A DNA stretch of 64,000 nucleotides from Lama guanicoe. Its lineage: Eukaryota. Below, in pieces: positions 24,584 through 38,422 of this stretch. Within the stretch, counting starts at the first letter, position 1, and each line of letters starts with the position of its first letter. Where the stretch lies: NCBI GenBank assembly GCA_013239625.1, contig MU056000.1, positions 7,913,214-7,977,213 on the forward strand, given 5' to 3'. The notes beneath the pieces were generated by a model. It was not told the origin of the DNA and searched no databases. It saw only the letters and a program-made list of their open reading frames with translations. Position numbers and translations under genes: made by a program.

Positions 24584-24998
24584 TATATATATGTAAATCT
24601 ATATTTTTAAACTGAAGTATAGTCGGTTACAATGTGTCAGTTTCTGGTGTACAGCGCATTGTCCCAGTCATGCATATACATATATACACATATACACACA
24701 CATATACATATATACACATATTAACTTTCATATTCTTTTCCATTAAAGGTTATTACAAGCTATTGAATATAGTTCCCTGTGCTGTACAGAAGAAATCTGG
24801 TTTTTATCTATTTTTATATGTAGTGGTTAACATTTGCAAATCTCAGACTCCCAAATTTATCCCTTCTCACCCCCCTACTCCCCTAGTAACCATACAATTG
24901 TTTACTAAGTCTGAGAGTCTGTTTCTGTTTTGTAGATGAGTTCATTAGTGTCCTTTTTTTTCTTTTTTCCCCCCACATTTGAGTGATATCATATGATA
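24584..24998 (-). mobile_element. 5'-truncated L1 (3' UTR)
   Basis: Reverse L1 3' end (actgaagtatagtcggttacaatg..tattgaatatagttccctgtgctgtacag). Near-perfect TSD taaaatctgt(g/a)tg at 24571 and 24999. Confidence 0.88.
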
Positions 24999-25346
24999 TA
25001 AAATCTGTATGAGTAATTACACCCTCTCTTTGCATGAAATATTGAAGCAACTCACACAGACACATCATGTAGGATGATATGATGGAGCAGAAATGAAAAA
25101 CCCAGCACAGAAAAGGAGAATTCAAATGTTATGAGCGCAAGGTCAACATAATTACTTCATTTGTTTCCAATGTGACGTTTTCTCTACAAACAGCCCGCTA
25201 TCGGAGAGGAATTACTAGAGGAGAAGGAGCCGCTCCTGACAAGTGAAAGGACCGAGTCCCCCCACTTCGTGCACGGGGACAACAGGAGGGAAGAATCTGA
25301 CTCTCTCCATCTGTCTCAGTATTTGCGGCTGGTCTCTGGTTAGGTT

Positions 25347-26391
25347 ATGGTGGTGGACTAAATAACGCCCCGAAGATGTCCAGGTCCTCATCCATGAATG
25401 TTACCTTATGTGGCAAAACGAACTTCACAGAGAACAAAAGGTAACAGACCACTGATGTAAGATGCTGTGCTGCTGCTTCTGAGGACGGAGGAGCGGCTGT
25501 GAGCCAAGGAAGGCAGGCCTGCAGCAGCAGAAGCTGGAAAGGGCAAGAAAAGGGCTTTCCCCCAGAACCTCTAGAAGCAGCATGGTCCTACTGAAACAGA
25601 GCAGGACCCTGTGGGGCCTTCCCAGGACAGACACGCCCCCTCGTGTCCTCTGCCTGCCTCTTGTCAGTGGAAAACCCGTAGTCAAAGAATAAGTTTAATC
25701 AGAGAAATAAGAAAGTACAGAAACAAAGAGAAGTAGTCAAGCAAAATAATAATAGTTTTTTCTTTAAACAAAGTCGAGGACCTTTAGTTCCTCCTCAAGG
25801 GCTAGTTACAATATTCTGAGCCATGTCCTTTGAGCTGTTTTGTAGACACTGCAACCCCCACCAGGTGGAAGAAGTTAAACAACATGAGGACCAGACCAAG
25901 GCCATGACAAAAGCTGCCACAAGTCAGAGAACTGGCCTCAAGGATCTAGGAAGAAACTGACCCTGGAGCTGAAGAAGAACTGTACTTAGAACAGTAAGAT
26001 GACACATGATCAATCCCAAGACGACCGTCAGGGCCGACTGTGCTGTGCTGCACGTAGCCCCCTCCCTCCACGTACACGACCCTGAAACTCCCTGTCAAAA
26101 GCTCTTGCTCACTGACTGTCAGTGGGGCCCTGGCCTCTGGGCACAAGTCCACCCCCTGGACCCCACATTAAAGTAATCTTTCCTTTCTACCAACACATGC
26201 CTCTCCTTGTACTGGCTTTCGAGCGGCAAGCAGCCAGACTCAAGTTTCAGTGACACCACTGACACCTTGATTATGGCCCAGGACACCTGACTTCAGACTT
26301 CTGGCCTTCAGAACTGTAACAGAATAAACATGTACTGTTTAAGTCATCAACTTTGTGTGAATTTGTCCATCAGCCACAGGAAATGAATGCA
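25347..26391 (+). mobile_element. MaLR solo LTR (MLT1D-like) split by an ERV1 LTR
   Basis: Left half has aagatgtccaggtcct..gaatgttaccttatgtggcaaaa; right half has ctgacaccttgatt..cagacttctggccttcagaactgtaa..aataaa. Confidence 0.82.
25592..26255 (+). mobile_element. ERV1-class solo LTR, same family as 19721-20412
   Basis: TG...CA ends, flanks ctac/ccac. Shares blocks with the first copy: tggggccttcccaggacagacac, ctttagttcctc, tcctttgagctgtttt, ggtggaagaagttaa. Confidence 0.85.
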
Positions 26392-26846
26392 GGTGTCCAT
26401 CTGACCTCAGGATACGGTCCTTTTAAGCCCAGAAGAGACCACCCCATTGGGGTGATTTTAAGGACATTCTGTATCCTTAGAGGAGCTGTTTGGAGCATCT
26501 TAAGAGGCACCACCTCCAATTCACGTCTCTGGGAGCCCTCCCTGACTTCTGATTATCGGGTGGATGCCTCTGCTAATTTATTCTGACTTCCCAGTCACCT
26601 CCCGTTTATCTGTTTGGAACTGCAGCTTCTCTACAGCTTCAGCGGAGCCAGCGGCCATCACTTCTCGCCATGTTCCCGCCAGCTGCCTGGCCGCCAGCTT
26701 CGCCGTAGGATTCAGCCATGAGCTACTCACTCTGCCAGTCAATGTTCACCGAGTGGCCACTGCGTGTCAAGCCACTGGAGATGCAGTGTTGAACCCAGCG
26801 ACAGTCCCTGTCCTTGGGGAACCATCCAGTGATGACTGGCAATTAA

Positions 26847-27041
26847 ATTTTTTGAACATTTTTTTAATTGAGTTATAGTCATTTTACAATGTGTCAATTT
26901 CCACTGTAGAGCACAATTTTTCAGTTATACATGAACATGCATATATTCATTGTCACGTTTTGTTTCGCTGTGAGCTACCACAAGATCTTGCACACACTTC
27001 CCTGTGCTACACAGTATAATCTTCTTTATCTATTCTACATA
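26847..27041 (-). mobile_element. Short young L1 3' end
   Basis: Reverse complement of the 3' UTR type at 63150-63330. TSD actggcaattaa at 26835-26846 and 27042-27053. Confidence 0.88.
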
Positions 27042-27098
27042 ACTGGCAATTAATTATTGAAAGAGCAAAATATATTATTTGCCAGAGAGAGGTAAGTG

Positions 27099-27533
27099 TG
27101 TATAGGGTTGAACAGTGCCCCCACAAATTAAACTTGAGAATATAACCTTACATGAAATAGGTTCCTTGCAGATGTAATGAATGATCAAGATGGGATCTCA
27201 CTGGATTGGGATGGGACCTACATCTGATGACAGTGTTCTTATAAGAGACACAGAAGGACACACAGAGACAGAGAGAGAAAGGTGATGTAAAGGTGGAGGC
27301 AGAGATTGGAGTGAAGTGGCCACAAGCCAAGGGATGCCCAGGATTGCCTGCAACTGTGGGAGGAGGAGGAGGAAGGTGTGGCACGGTTTCTCCTTCAGAG
27401 TCCCTAGAAGGGACTGACCCTGCCAACACCGTGGCTTGGGACTTTGGATCTCCTGAACCCTTAGAGTATTTCTATTGTTTTAAGCCACCCAGTTGGTGGT
27501 ACTCTGTAAAGGGAGCCACAGAAAAGTGATACA
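27099..27533 (+). mobile_element. MaLR solo LTR (MLT1C-like)
   Basis: tgtatagggttgaacagtgcccc..ggaggcagagattggagtga..ccacaagccaagggatgcc..ttgttttaagccacccagtt..gataca. Confidence 0.88.
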
Positions 27534-30500
27534 AATGTGGTGGGAAAAATAAAGCAGAGCAGACGTGGGCAACACGTGTGTATGCATGTGTGCGGTGTGG
27601 GTGGCGTATGTGTGCGTGTGTGCATTGTGGGTGGGGTTTGTTCTTGCAAAGACAGTGGCTGTGGATGACCTCCCTGAGAAGATGACCTGGGCAGAGACCT
27701 ACAGGTGGTGCCGGGTGGAAGGAGTGCCCCAGGAAGGGAGAAGACGGACCGGACTCCGAGGCAGGAGTGTGCCTGGAGGGTCAGAACAGAGGGGAGAGGG
27801 CCAGCGAAGGAGTGAGCCCTGGGGAGTTGCCGAGAGAGGCAACAGGCCCAGATCACATGGCCTTTGTCAGCCTTGGCAGGCCACTGGCTTCTGCTCTGAT
27901 AGATACAGGAGCCATCTGAGTGTCGTGATCTGGTTCACGTTTCTAAAGGACCACTTTGTCAGTGGTTACATGGATGCACCCATCTGTCAACACTCAAAGT
28001 GCAGGCTAAAACGGTGCACTCACTGTATAATAATTATATCTCGGTGAAGCCAGGTTTACCCAGGGCAGCCCTCTGGCTGCAGTGTTGAGAACAGACTCTA
28101 GGGGGCAGAATGGAGGCAGAGGATGGATCAGGTGGCTCCTGCAGGGATCCTGGAGAGGGGGATGGTGGCTCGGCAGAAGGTACGGAGAAGTGGCGGGAGT
28201 CTGGGTGCTTTGCGAAGGCAGAGCCTTAGCGGTTCCCGATGGGCTGCGTGTGGAGTGTGTGAGGGAAACAGACGCCCAGGGAACCCCTCCCGCAAGCCCC
28301 CCGGACTTCCACTCGCTGCTCCCCGTTAACTGGCGACGCCCGACTCCACCTCTCAGGCCCAGCCCGCGGCCAGTGGGGTGGACGGGTCAGGCTAGGACCC
28401 CTTTTGGGGACTGGCATCTATTGTTTCAGACTAAGAAGGGGCAGTTTCAACTAGCAAGTTTTCTACTGGCTGCTTAAGTGGAGAGAGACAAACAGTAAAA
28501 TAATGAGAAAATGATTTCGGAACTCTTGTGGGTTAGGGTGCCTTAAATAAATCTTAGCAGGGCGATGGGCTTTTTCTCAGAAATCAATTTATTAGGAGTT
28601 GAGAGCTGAAAATAATGTAAAATGATCAACCAAAATTTATGCTATTATTTATTTTTCATCACATGCATTTTAAGTAGCAGTGATTTTCTGCTTTTGTTGA
28701 AGCCTTGTAAAAGTCCATTCGATTACCAAGAATACCATCCATTTTACTGCAATACCTATTCAGTAACAATTAAGTTTAAAATACTATTTATTTATTCATG
28801 AATGTAACTAGACTTTTTCAATAAAAATATGCTCCCCAAGGAAAAATTAATTTCATACATAGAAGCATTTAGTTGCCTTGGAAATTCTAATAGGATGTGC
28901 TTAGTGATGACAGCATGGGAAAAAATGACAAATTAGTATCTATAAACCTAACCTTGTGGCCCATAATGACTTTATGGAAAATGTTTATATTGTATGACTG
29001 TATACCCATTTTCAAATTAACAATCCATGATGCTTGGAAAAATCATCTGGACCTCTGAAACTTCAGTGGCAACAAGAGGAAAGGGATGTGATGACCGAGA
29101 TCTGGGGTAGGAGCACATGATTCAAGTGTGTTTAAGCAAGTTTTACCTTGTCAGTGTCAGAAGACAATCACGATTTTGCCTCAGGATTAGATCAGAATTT
29201 GAGGAAAAAGCCACAAAGGCCTTGACCATCTTCAAAAGGTTTTATTATACTATGTACATGTGTGTGTGTACCAAAGGTAGCTTAATACTAAATAATATTA
29301 AATAATGGACTAGAAATATACTGTATATAAATCATAAATGAAGCACACATAAATTAGGTAACCGTATCATCTGACAATTCTCTGTAAAAAAAGTTAAAAT
29401 AGTGCTTTTAATGATTCTGCTCATGAAAACGTCTGGACTTCTGACAGAAGTTATAATTATATTGAGAGATGTGTTCTAAATGCAAGCACACCATCTCTTA
29501 AGATTCCACGGGAGGTTCCATGTTTCTGAAAGTAAGAACCTATCCCATGGCACCTGCCGTGGTGCCTTTACAATGCAAGCTGTGAGCACATGTTGTGAGC
29601 TGACTGCTAACCAGAGTCCAGTCTTGGACACAGCAATGACTTTGCCACATTGATTTTAGTCCTGCAAATATCTGAAGCATGCTTCAAACATACAATTTTA
29701 CCTCTGTCACCTTATTTTAGTTCTTCAAAGGAGGACAGCTCAGTTTATTGCAGATAACATTGAACAGAGATACTTCCTTTAAATAAAACTTTAATAGGAT
29801 TCTAACAAGATTTGGTCTAGAAGAGGTACGAAGTGAGAAAGTTGTTCCAAGATATGCTTTAAAATCAGGTAACAAATTATTTGAAAATGGCATCTATGCC
29901 TTGTCTCCTTCTAGAAGTATTTGATAGGGCTTTGAACAAATCAGGAAAAGTTCTAGGTCCTGGGGATATGAATATTGAGTCCTGACTACACATCACTTAG
30001 AGTTCAGTAGGGAAGACAGACTACGAATAAGTAATGATCATACACTGAGTAAGAGACATTATTCATCAATGCAAAATCTGCAGTTAAAGCCCTTCCAGGT
30101 GCCCTCTTTTCTTCTGGATGGTGCTGGATTCAAATCAATCTAAACAACGGCAGGAATAGTCATTTCCAACATTAATAAATCATTATACCACCATGAAAAC
30201 TCATAATAATGGCTTATAATTTTCAGAGCTTCTACATATGCATTCTATTTGAATTTCCTTCCATTTCAGAATGGGAAGGGGCCTTAGCCAGCATTTAGTG
30301 TGCTCATGGTGGACAGTGGGAAATTCAGGTCAGACAGTTCAGTGACTGGACCCAAGTCACAAGTAAGTCCAGGCGTAGAACCTGGTGGCCAGCTGTCAAG
30401 GCTTGAAGCTTACTCACAGCCAAGATAACCCATCCATCAGTCTGCTCTGCAGTGCACTCAGCCTCCAGTTCCAGACACAGGTTTCTGCCTCTGGACTGTA

Positions 30501-30667
30501 GTGGTCAATAACATGGGAGCAGAATTATCTAGTAGAAAAAGCATACTTCCTTCTAAGAAGGAAGAGAACACTCATGCTCATGGCTCTGTGGATAACTTCC
30601 TGATGCACCTGGGCTCATGTGGTAAAAGGTGGTGGTATTCAGGAAGAGTAAACTTCAAAAAGCAAGT

Positions 30668-31175
30668 TGTTAGCAGGCTGATGCCACCCAGCCGAGACCA
30701 CCAGGAGCACACACACCTGTGGCTGAACAAGACTGAGCGTATTGTTCCCAAGAAAGAGCCTACACCACGAGACTGCGGGGCACTTACAGGGTTTGGGCTT
30801 GGTGCCTTGGGCAGATTCAAGGGAGCAGAACTTTGCCCTGGATTGGCTGCTGCCAGGATGAGGGGGAAGTTCTGTGACTGAGTATCTTAAAGATTCTCAT
30901 CCAGAAGGAGGAAAGAGCAGAGCAAGGCTCAAGCCATGACCGGTGAAGAAACAGCAGTCATTCAAATTAGGATAGAGGGCTGTTTTCATCAGTTTCAACA
31001 TGGCACTCCTCATGTTTCATCTGTGTTCAGACAGGACTATGGGGGTATCCTTGATTTTGTCTTGAACCATCACTGTCAGAGTGGCCTCGTGTGATGCTGA
31101 TATTCTGTGAAATTGTTTATACACAGAAGAACACCAAGACTTCTCTGTGGATGCCTGGCCAGCTCTTCCTTTTCT
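30668..31175 (-). mobile_element. Old ERV1-type solo LTR (MER89/LTR68-like; family uncertain)
   Basis: ctttgccctggattggctgctgccagg..agaaacagcagtca..tgtgttcagaca..tgatattctgtgaaattgtttat..agaacaccaag resembles a reverse-oriented eutherian ERV1 LTR. Confidence 0.55.
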
Positions 31176-33047
31176 TGGCCACAAGGCATGGGCTCCCCAG
31201 ATCCAAGGGGATCACAGAAAGGGAAGGGAAGGTGTCAGTGACAAACGTTCCCTTTGACACTGGCTGGCTCTGCAGAGGTGTCATTCTGGGGGTTAAAATG
31301 GTGTTCTTAAGCCCTGTCAACATGATACCAAAACTATAAGTGAAAAGACAAGGGAAGAAAAGAGGAAAAATCAGTTGCTCCGTCTCCATGAAGCTACACT
31401 CCAACTCTTTTTTCGTATCGTTGACTGGTTATTTTGAAATCTTACAGACAGCAAGTCTGACACCTGACTGTAATTGCTGATGAGTGACTTCAGGTAACAT
31501 GTCTCTTAGCATTTTGCAGTAGTTGGTGTTGTTACCTCAAATGCATTAGAAACGGGAGGAAAGCTTTTGGGTGTTGTCGTTTATCTGCTACGATATGGGA
31601 AAAAAGCCCTCCAAACCACCATTTATTTAGGTCTGTGGTTACCAGCGCCAATGTCAAAAACACACCTATCTGGGCCTATTGTTTCACTTTTCCCTTAAAG
31701 GAGTTCTAAAGAGGCTGTGGATATTCTGGGCAAATCCTAATATGAGGGAAAAAAAGGACTATAGTATCCAAGGGGCCGTTCACAATTATTTCTCATAACT
31801 AGACATGAGGTACAAAGGAATTCCATCCAGAGATATTTTCTTTGATCATATTTCCCAATATTTTTGCTACAAAACTGTTAATTTACCTCCATTTCTGGAT
31901 GTTCCTAAATATAAAATATAGAGGATATACCCACCTTTCACTTTGAATAAAATAACCAGCACTGGTTATTTACTAGTAGTTCCTGTGGATGATGGGTGAA
32001 AGGGGTAGGGACTAGCCAGCTGTACACCATTATCCTGGAAGCTTCTGTATATGTGTAACCAAATTCATTAAGCCTTCTTTTTTAAACTGCCATAGTGAAA
32101 AAAAAAAAAGAAGGTATCTCTTTCAAGATACAAGTGTTCCATTACCTTTAATTCCTTTAGCTTCTACACATTGATGGATCTTAGACCAGGCTTTATTACC
32201 TCTGCGTCCACCTAACTCTCAGTGGAATTTATGATTAATTTGAAAATTAATTGAAAAGTTTGCAGTGAGTTTAAAGATACCGTCTCATCGCTGCTATAGA
32301 CTTTATAATTTAAAACGAGGTAGATATGTGGATAGGAATGATGGACTAGTTTTGAATACAGGAAAAATGAGTAAGTGGCAGATGGAGTTTTCTTTATGCA
32401 ACTAATAAAGACATATGATATTTCTTTTATGTTTTTCATTCATTAACTATTATGTTTTCTTAATTAACTATTTCTTTATTTACTAGAAAAGCATTATTTT
32501 AAATTCAGCAGTGAACTAAAGTCACAAGGAAATAAATAATTTGGATCTTGAAAAAAATAATTTCATATTTAATTGTATCAACTTATTTTTTTAAAACGAG
32601 TATTTTTTTCTTTGTGAGAAGTGACTGAACACAATAAATGGGCAGAGCTTGACTTTATGTAATTTCAGAGGTTCAGACTTCCTGGGTCACAGGGCCCTTT
32701 GTGTCTGTAAGCTTTTCACATGGTGCCCCTGGGCCAAAAGATGCCTAACTGTTCCATTTGTTAAGGAGTCAGGTCCAAACAACTTAAGAGTTGTCTCTGT
32801 CCTGACAAGCTAGCTTCTTCTGCACCACATACAACTTCTCAAACCTTGGCATCAGATGTTGCCCTCTCCAGTTCCTCTCATGCCAATGTTCACATGGAAC
32901 TTGTTTTTGAGAGAAACCTCTGAAAATCCAGGTCTGCCAAGTTATGACATCATCTGGTGTGGCACAACTGAATTTTGAAATTGAACTATCTCAAGCTCAC
33001 ACTTTACTTGGTGCCCAACAGACATTGTGTTTCCCTCAAAAACTTAA

Positions 33048-34231
33048 ATTTCCCTCAAATTACCCAGGACATTTTTCACAAAACTAGAACAAATAATTAT
33101 AAAATTTATATTGAATGATAAAAGCCCCAGAATTGCTAAAGCAATCTTGAGGAAAAAGAAGGAAGCTGGAGGCATAATCCTCCCAGACTTCAGACACCAC
33201 CACAAAGTCACAGTAATCAAAACAGTGTGGTATTGGCCCCAGAAACAGACATATAAATCAATGGAACAGAACAGAGAGCCCAGAAATAAATCCACTCACC
33301 TACAGTCAATTAATCTTCGACAAAGGAGGCAAAAATATACAATGGAGAAAAGACAGTCTCTTCACCAAGTCATGCTGGAAAGCTAGACAGCCACATGTAT
33401 ATCAATGAAGTTAGAACACTCTCTCACACCATACACAAAAATAAACTCCAAATGGCTTAAAGACTAAAATATAAGACATGACACCATAAAACTCTTTGAA
33501 GAGAACATAGGCAAACCAGTCTCTGACATAAACTGTAATAATGTTTTCTTAGGTGGGTCTCCCAAGGCAAAAGAAATAAAAGCAAAAATAAACAAATGGG
33601 ACCTAATCAAACCTAAAAGCTTTTGCACAGCAAAGGAAACCACAAACAAAAAGAAAAGACAACCTACAGACCAGGAGAAAATATTTGCACACGATGTGAT
33701 CGACAAGGACTTAATTTCCAAAATACACCAACAGCGCATACAACTCAATAGCAAAAAGTAAAAAAACCAAAACAAAAAAAACAGTCCAATCAAAAAATGG
33801 GCAGAAGACCTAAACAGTCATTTCTGCAAAGAAGACATACAGATGGTCAACAGGCATATGAAAAGATGCTCAACATTGCTAATTATTAGAGAAATGCAAA
33901 TCAAAGCTACAATGAGGTATCATCGTCTCACAACAGTCAGAATGACCATCATCAAAAGTCTACAAATAATACATGCTGGAGAGGCTGTGGAGAAAAGGGA
34001 ACCCTCCTACACTGTTGGTGGGAATGTAAACTGGTACAGCCACTATGGAGGACAGTATGGAGGTTCTTTAAAAAACTAAAAATAGAGTTACCGTATGATC
34101 CAGCAATCCCACTCCTGGGATTTTCATAGTTTCATCCAGAAAAGATGAAAACTCTAATTTGAAAAGATACATGCACCTCAATGTTCATAACAGCATTATT
34201 TCCATTGTGTATATATACATGTATATATATG

Positions 34232-34271
<40 letters not shown>

Positions 34272-34720
34272 AGAATTTTACTCAGTCATAAAAAAGAATG
34301 AAATAATGCCATTTGTAGCAACTTGGATGGACTTGGAGATGATCATACTAAGTGAAGTAAGTCAGACAAAGACAACTATCATATGAGATCACTTACATGT
34401 GGAATCTAAAAAAAGTAATACAAATCAACTTATTTACAAAACAGAAAGAGACTCACCTAGAAAACAAACTTATGGTTACCAAAGGGGAAGGTGAAAGAGG
34501 GATAAATTAGGAGTTTGAGATTAGCAGATACACACTATTGTATATAAAACAGATAAACAACAAGGACCTACTGTACAGCACAGGGAATTATGTCCAATAT
34601 CTTGTAATAATCCATAATGAGAAAGAATATGCAAAAGAATATATATGTATAACTAAATCACTCTGCTGTACACCAGAAACTAATACAACACTGTAAGTCA
34701 ACTATACCTCAATAAAAGCC
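33048..34720 (+). mobile_element. 5'-truncated L1: ORF2 C-terminal part plus 3' UTR, inactive
   Basis: ORF fragments [47 protein letters not shown] and IMPFVATWMDLEMIILSEVSQ are L1 ORF2. AATAAA at ~34711. Frameshifts and stops present. Confidence 0.95.
34208..34269. repeat. (TA)n/(CA)n microsatellite inside the L1
   Basis: Read directly from the sequence. Confidence 0.95.
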
Positions 34721-35691
34721 AGTAACAAAAAACTAACAACAGTATAAAACCCTTTGATTCTGAGGAGTCCCTCTGAGTTTCCTCTGTGGCCCTGGGGCTC
34801 CTTGGAACAGTTTGGGAACAGCAGTAAATGCATGGCCCTTCCGTGAGCTGTAACCTAAACCTAATTAAAGAATTTTAGCATAATGAACAAATACTTAGGG
34901 GAAGGGGTGATCATGAACATAAGAATAGGAAGTTTATATTGTAAGTTTAAATTTAGAATTTCAATTAAGTGACACGGTAGGTAAGTTCAATGAACATAAA
35001 CACTTATCATTTGGGAAAATACTGGTACTCATTTGTAACAATTTTTCCTTTTGTGAGTATTTACAAATGTATTATTTTATAGCCTTTAAAGACCTGAATC
35101 ATAGCATTCCTTACTGATTCTTCATGTATTTAAAAGGTGCTTGCAACAGAATTTGTGGGAGATACCAACATTCAGAATTGCCTTTTCTCTTTTTCTCCTC
35201 TTTTTCTCTCTTGTTTTTTTTAAACCTAGAAAGACTATATGCAGTAAATGGACTCCCAATGCTCACGAAAACATTCCACTTTAGTGGCAGTGGCTTTACT
35301 GAAAACATTCATTATATCTGGCTTGCTCTTCACTGTTTTCATCCCTGCACTTGATTTTCAGGGACCTCCTTCATACCCACTTCCTGCCTTTTCTCCAGGG
35401 TCTTTGTTGGACGCTGTGCACAATAAGGAATCACGTGAGGGACATGAGAGCCACGGGAAGCAAATGGGGTCAGTGATGTGAAAACTGCTCTCGGGTGAAT
35501 GGAACAGGCACTCTTTCCCAATCTGACAGCGCTGCACTGATCAGAAATTGCATGAAGATAATGCTTTAACCACCACCTCCAGAGACAATGATAGATTTAA
35601 TAACCACAGAGACTATCTCCTTACACAACATGACTTTATAATAAGCACTGGCATGACTTCCATTCGCACAAATAGAAGTCAAGGGAGTAAG

Positions 35692-35905
35692 AGCTGACGT
35701 TTACTGAGCACCTCTCGCATGCTCGGATCTGCTCTGGACACCTCACCCTCTCTATGCTCACTGCATTCGTACCAGGGTGGTGCCATTAATAGCCTCATTT
35801 TACAGAGGATTTGAGCAATTTGCCTGAAGCCCCAGAGACAGTCAAGTGATGGGGCTGGAATAAAATTCAGGTAGAGTCCGTTCAGAGCCTACACTCTTAA
35901 CCAGG
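35692..35905 (-). mobile_element. MIR SINE
   Basis: tttactgagcacct..cctcattttacagagg..aatttgcctgaag..cagagcctacactcttaacca. Confidence 0.7.
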
Positions 35906-38422
35906 ATGCCCAAAGTTGATAGAAGGAAGCCCCAAGAGTCTCCCTGGGTTTTAAAGAGTCCATACCCTGTGCTCACCGCATGAAGCAGAGCCTAACCCAC
36001 CCCTGGCTGTGGCTGTCAGGGATGATTAAGAAAACCGGAATCTGTCTGGCCACAAAGGAGTAATTTATTCATAGATGGTGCAAAGAACGCTGTTCTCATT
36101 TTGCAAAATAGAACGGAGCACACTCATTTTCTGGTGCTCTTCAGGGAGTGCTCGACTTCTGCCTGAACAAGTATTAGAGGTGCTGGCTGTGCTCAGAGGC
36201 GAAATCTCAAAGAAGGCCTTCTTCCACTAGGTCACAGGAGACACACACGTCCTCCAGTTGTGGGAGCACAGACTCACACTACAGTGGGTGTGACGATGAA
36301 AAAGCAGAAGACTTGGTCTGGAGTTTTCTGTTTGTCAACCTCACACTTCCTCTGAGTTAGCAGAAGCAGGTGTCATCCTCCTTTGCAGATCTGAAAATAC
36401 TTACGATTGATTACAATACTACGCTGATTTTGACAGCCCAGACACAACCTGCAGAAGGCACTACTTCAGGTGGAAAACACTGACAGTTCAGCTGAGTATT
36501 TCCATTTCTCAGAGTAGTGCCAAGTGGCTGGGGCTGTTGTTACAATTTGAAATTTGTCTTCTGAGTGATGCCAAGGTTTAGGTATAAGTTTTGAACACCC
36601 TCCCTTCATCCCCTATTGTGTGTCAGCTACGAGTTTTTCTAAATATGCCTTGGCCTATTTATGTTCTGAGTCTTTGCAATATTGACGACTTTAAGTTGAC
36701 TGCCTATTGTGTGATTTAATACTTCCTTTGTGCTTAAATAGAAGAAGAGAAAGAGGCTTGAATTAGCAACGGTTGGGGTGGGGTGGCTTTGAGGATGGAA
36801 CAAAACTAAAATGTGGGCCCTTCCAACTGCAGGAAGGACTCCCAGGTCCAGCTTCTTCCTGCTACAGTTCAGCCTCCAGCTCTTTCAGAACATCACCCCT
36901 AGAGAGCAGACTCTACATTTGCAGGTTTTGCACACCCAGCCAGAACTTCAGTGGGGCAAGTATGTGACAAAAGCATCTTTGGATTCTAGCTGTTTTTCTG
37001 TTTGTTTAGCAGCTGGGGAGATATCAGGTATTTTTGGAAAAAGACTCTTAGAACTAAGATCACTGCAATTTTATAAAGAAAAATTCAGTCTTGTCTCAAC
37101 TTGTCTGAAATGTAAAATCCATAAAATTACCATGAACACGACGGTTCCCCAGTCTAGTAAGTAGGATGCGGATGAAAGGACAGGTAGGCACCGTGATCCC
37201 AGAAGAACACAAATATTTATAAGGGGCTGTTTCCTGATTAACTGTTGAGGAGAGTATTACCTCAAATAAGAGAGAAGTTATTAAGTTCTTCCCTCTCTCC
37301 CAACACGCAGTACCCAATCAGACATGGGAACTGTAAATCCGACTTCCATAACAGCCCCATTGCTGGAGCCGTGGTCCACAGCCTCATTACCTGGAGCCCC
37401 AGTCTACCCAGCACACCACCACTGTGTGCTGTAGAAATGGTAGAAGTCCAGTGTTTCTAAAGGCAAACCTGGACATCTCACTGAATTTCTAGAAACTCTC
37501 CCATTGCATTCCACAACTCACAGGACTTTGCTCCAGAAAGGCCCCCGTACCCCGGCCCCTGCCGCCTCCCCCTCCTACACTTTGTAGTTCCCTGCTCAGG
37601 CCTGGCAGTGTCACTTTTTCCATTGCTAACCTGGCCCATTTCCCACCTGCCTGGCAAACACTACTCTGCATAAGCAATAGCGCCTGTAAAGCCCTCGTCT
37701 GAGGACACACAAGTTGACAGCGTCTCCAAGTGACATCGGAGTGTTAGTACAGGTACTGGAAACGTCACCTGTGGGTCACATCTCTATGGGGAGGACAGTC
37801 TCCAGTTCTTGCCACCACGGACATTCCCCTGGCTTCTCTTGTGGCAAACGAGCAGAATGCGCAGCACGTGTCGCACTGAAATTTTACGCTCCTCTGTGCA
37901 ACGGGTTAATGACGGTTTTCTTCCCCAGAGACGTAAACTCCAGTGAGCAGGGGTCGTGGTATTTCTGACTCAGTACGCTCCTCCGGGGCCTGGCACTCTG
38001 GCTGATCAGTAGTAGGCACTCAGAGAACAAATGAAACTATTTCAAGGTAGATGCAACTCAAAGACAAGCAGGGACAATGACGGAAAGCATGGATGCAAAC
38101 AGCACCGAAGTGCTGGCTTACAAGTTGCTCCTGGCTTATCACCAGACCTCCCTGACCCCGTTCCTTCCTTCCTCACTGAATATTTACCGAGTGTCGGCGA
38201 GGCAAAGTGAATCCTGTAAGATCACTGGCCCCAAGCTTCTGTCTGCGGGGCTGAGGGTGGAGGTAGGAGGGAGAAGGCACCGGGGTAAGGCCGGATCGCT
38301 CCACCTTGGCCCCATGGACTTTCGGGGGTTGGGTAATTCTGGGTTGGAGACGGGAGGGGCTTCCTCGTATTGTAAGATGTTCTGCAACATCCTTGGCCTC
38401 TACCGACTAGATGCCGCTGCTA

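Larger units (their letters stand above)
26740..28270 (-). mobile_element. L2 LINE fragment interrupted by L1 and MLT1
   Basis: cactgcgtgtcaagccactggagatgcag..gtccctgtcctt; cctccctgagaagatgac; gatctggttcacgtttctaaagga; ctctggctgcagtgttgagaacagact. Boundaries approximate. Confidence 0.6.
32666..34824. mobile_element. MER119 hAT-Charlie element split by L1 (parts ~32666-33047 and ~34760-34824)
   Basis: Left part ggtgcccctgggccaaaag..aggtccaaacaacttaa..acaacttctcaaaccttgg..tgtgtttccctcaaaaacttaa; it resumes after the L1 as ccctctgagtt..ggaacagtttgggaacagc. Confidence 0.75.

Noticed and set aside
27565..28477. 160-aa and 131-aa ORFs
   Set aside because: They overlap GT-rich simple sequence and decayed L2, with no recognisable protein or splice structure.
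33111..34386. ORFs of 91, 78 and 75 aa with real protein-like sequence
   Set aside because: They are broken pieces of L1 ORF2, not a host gene.
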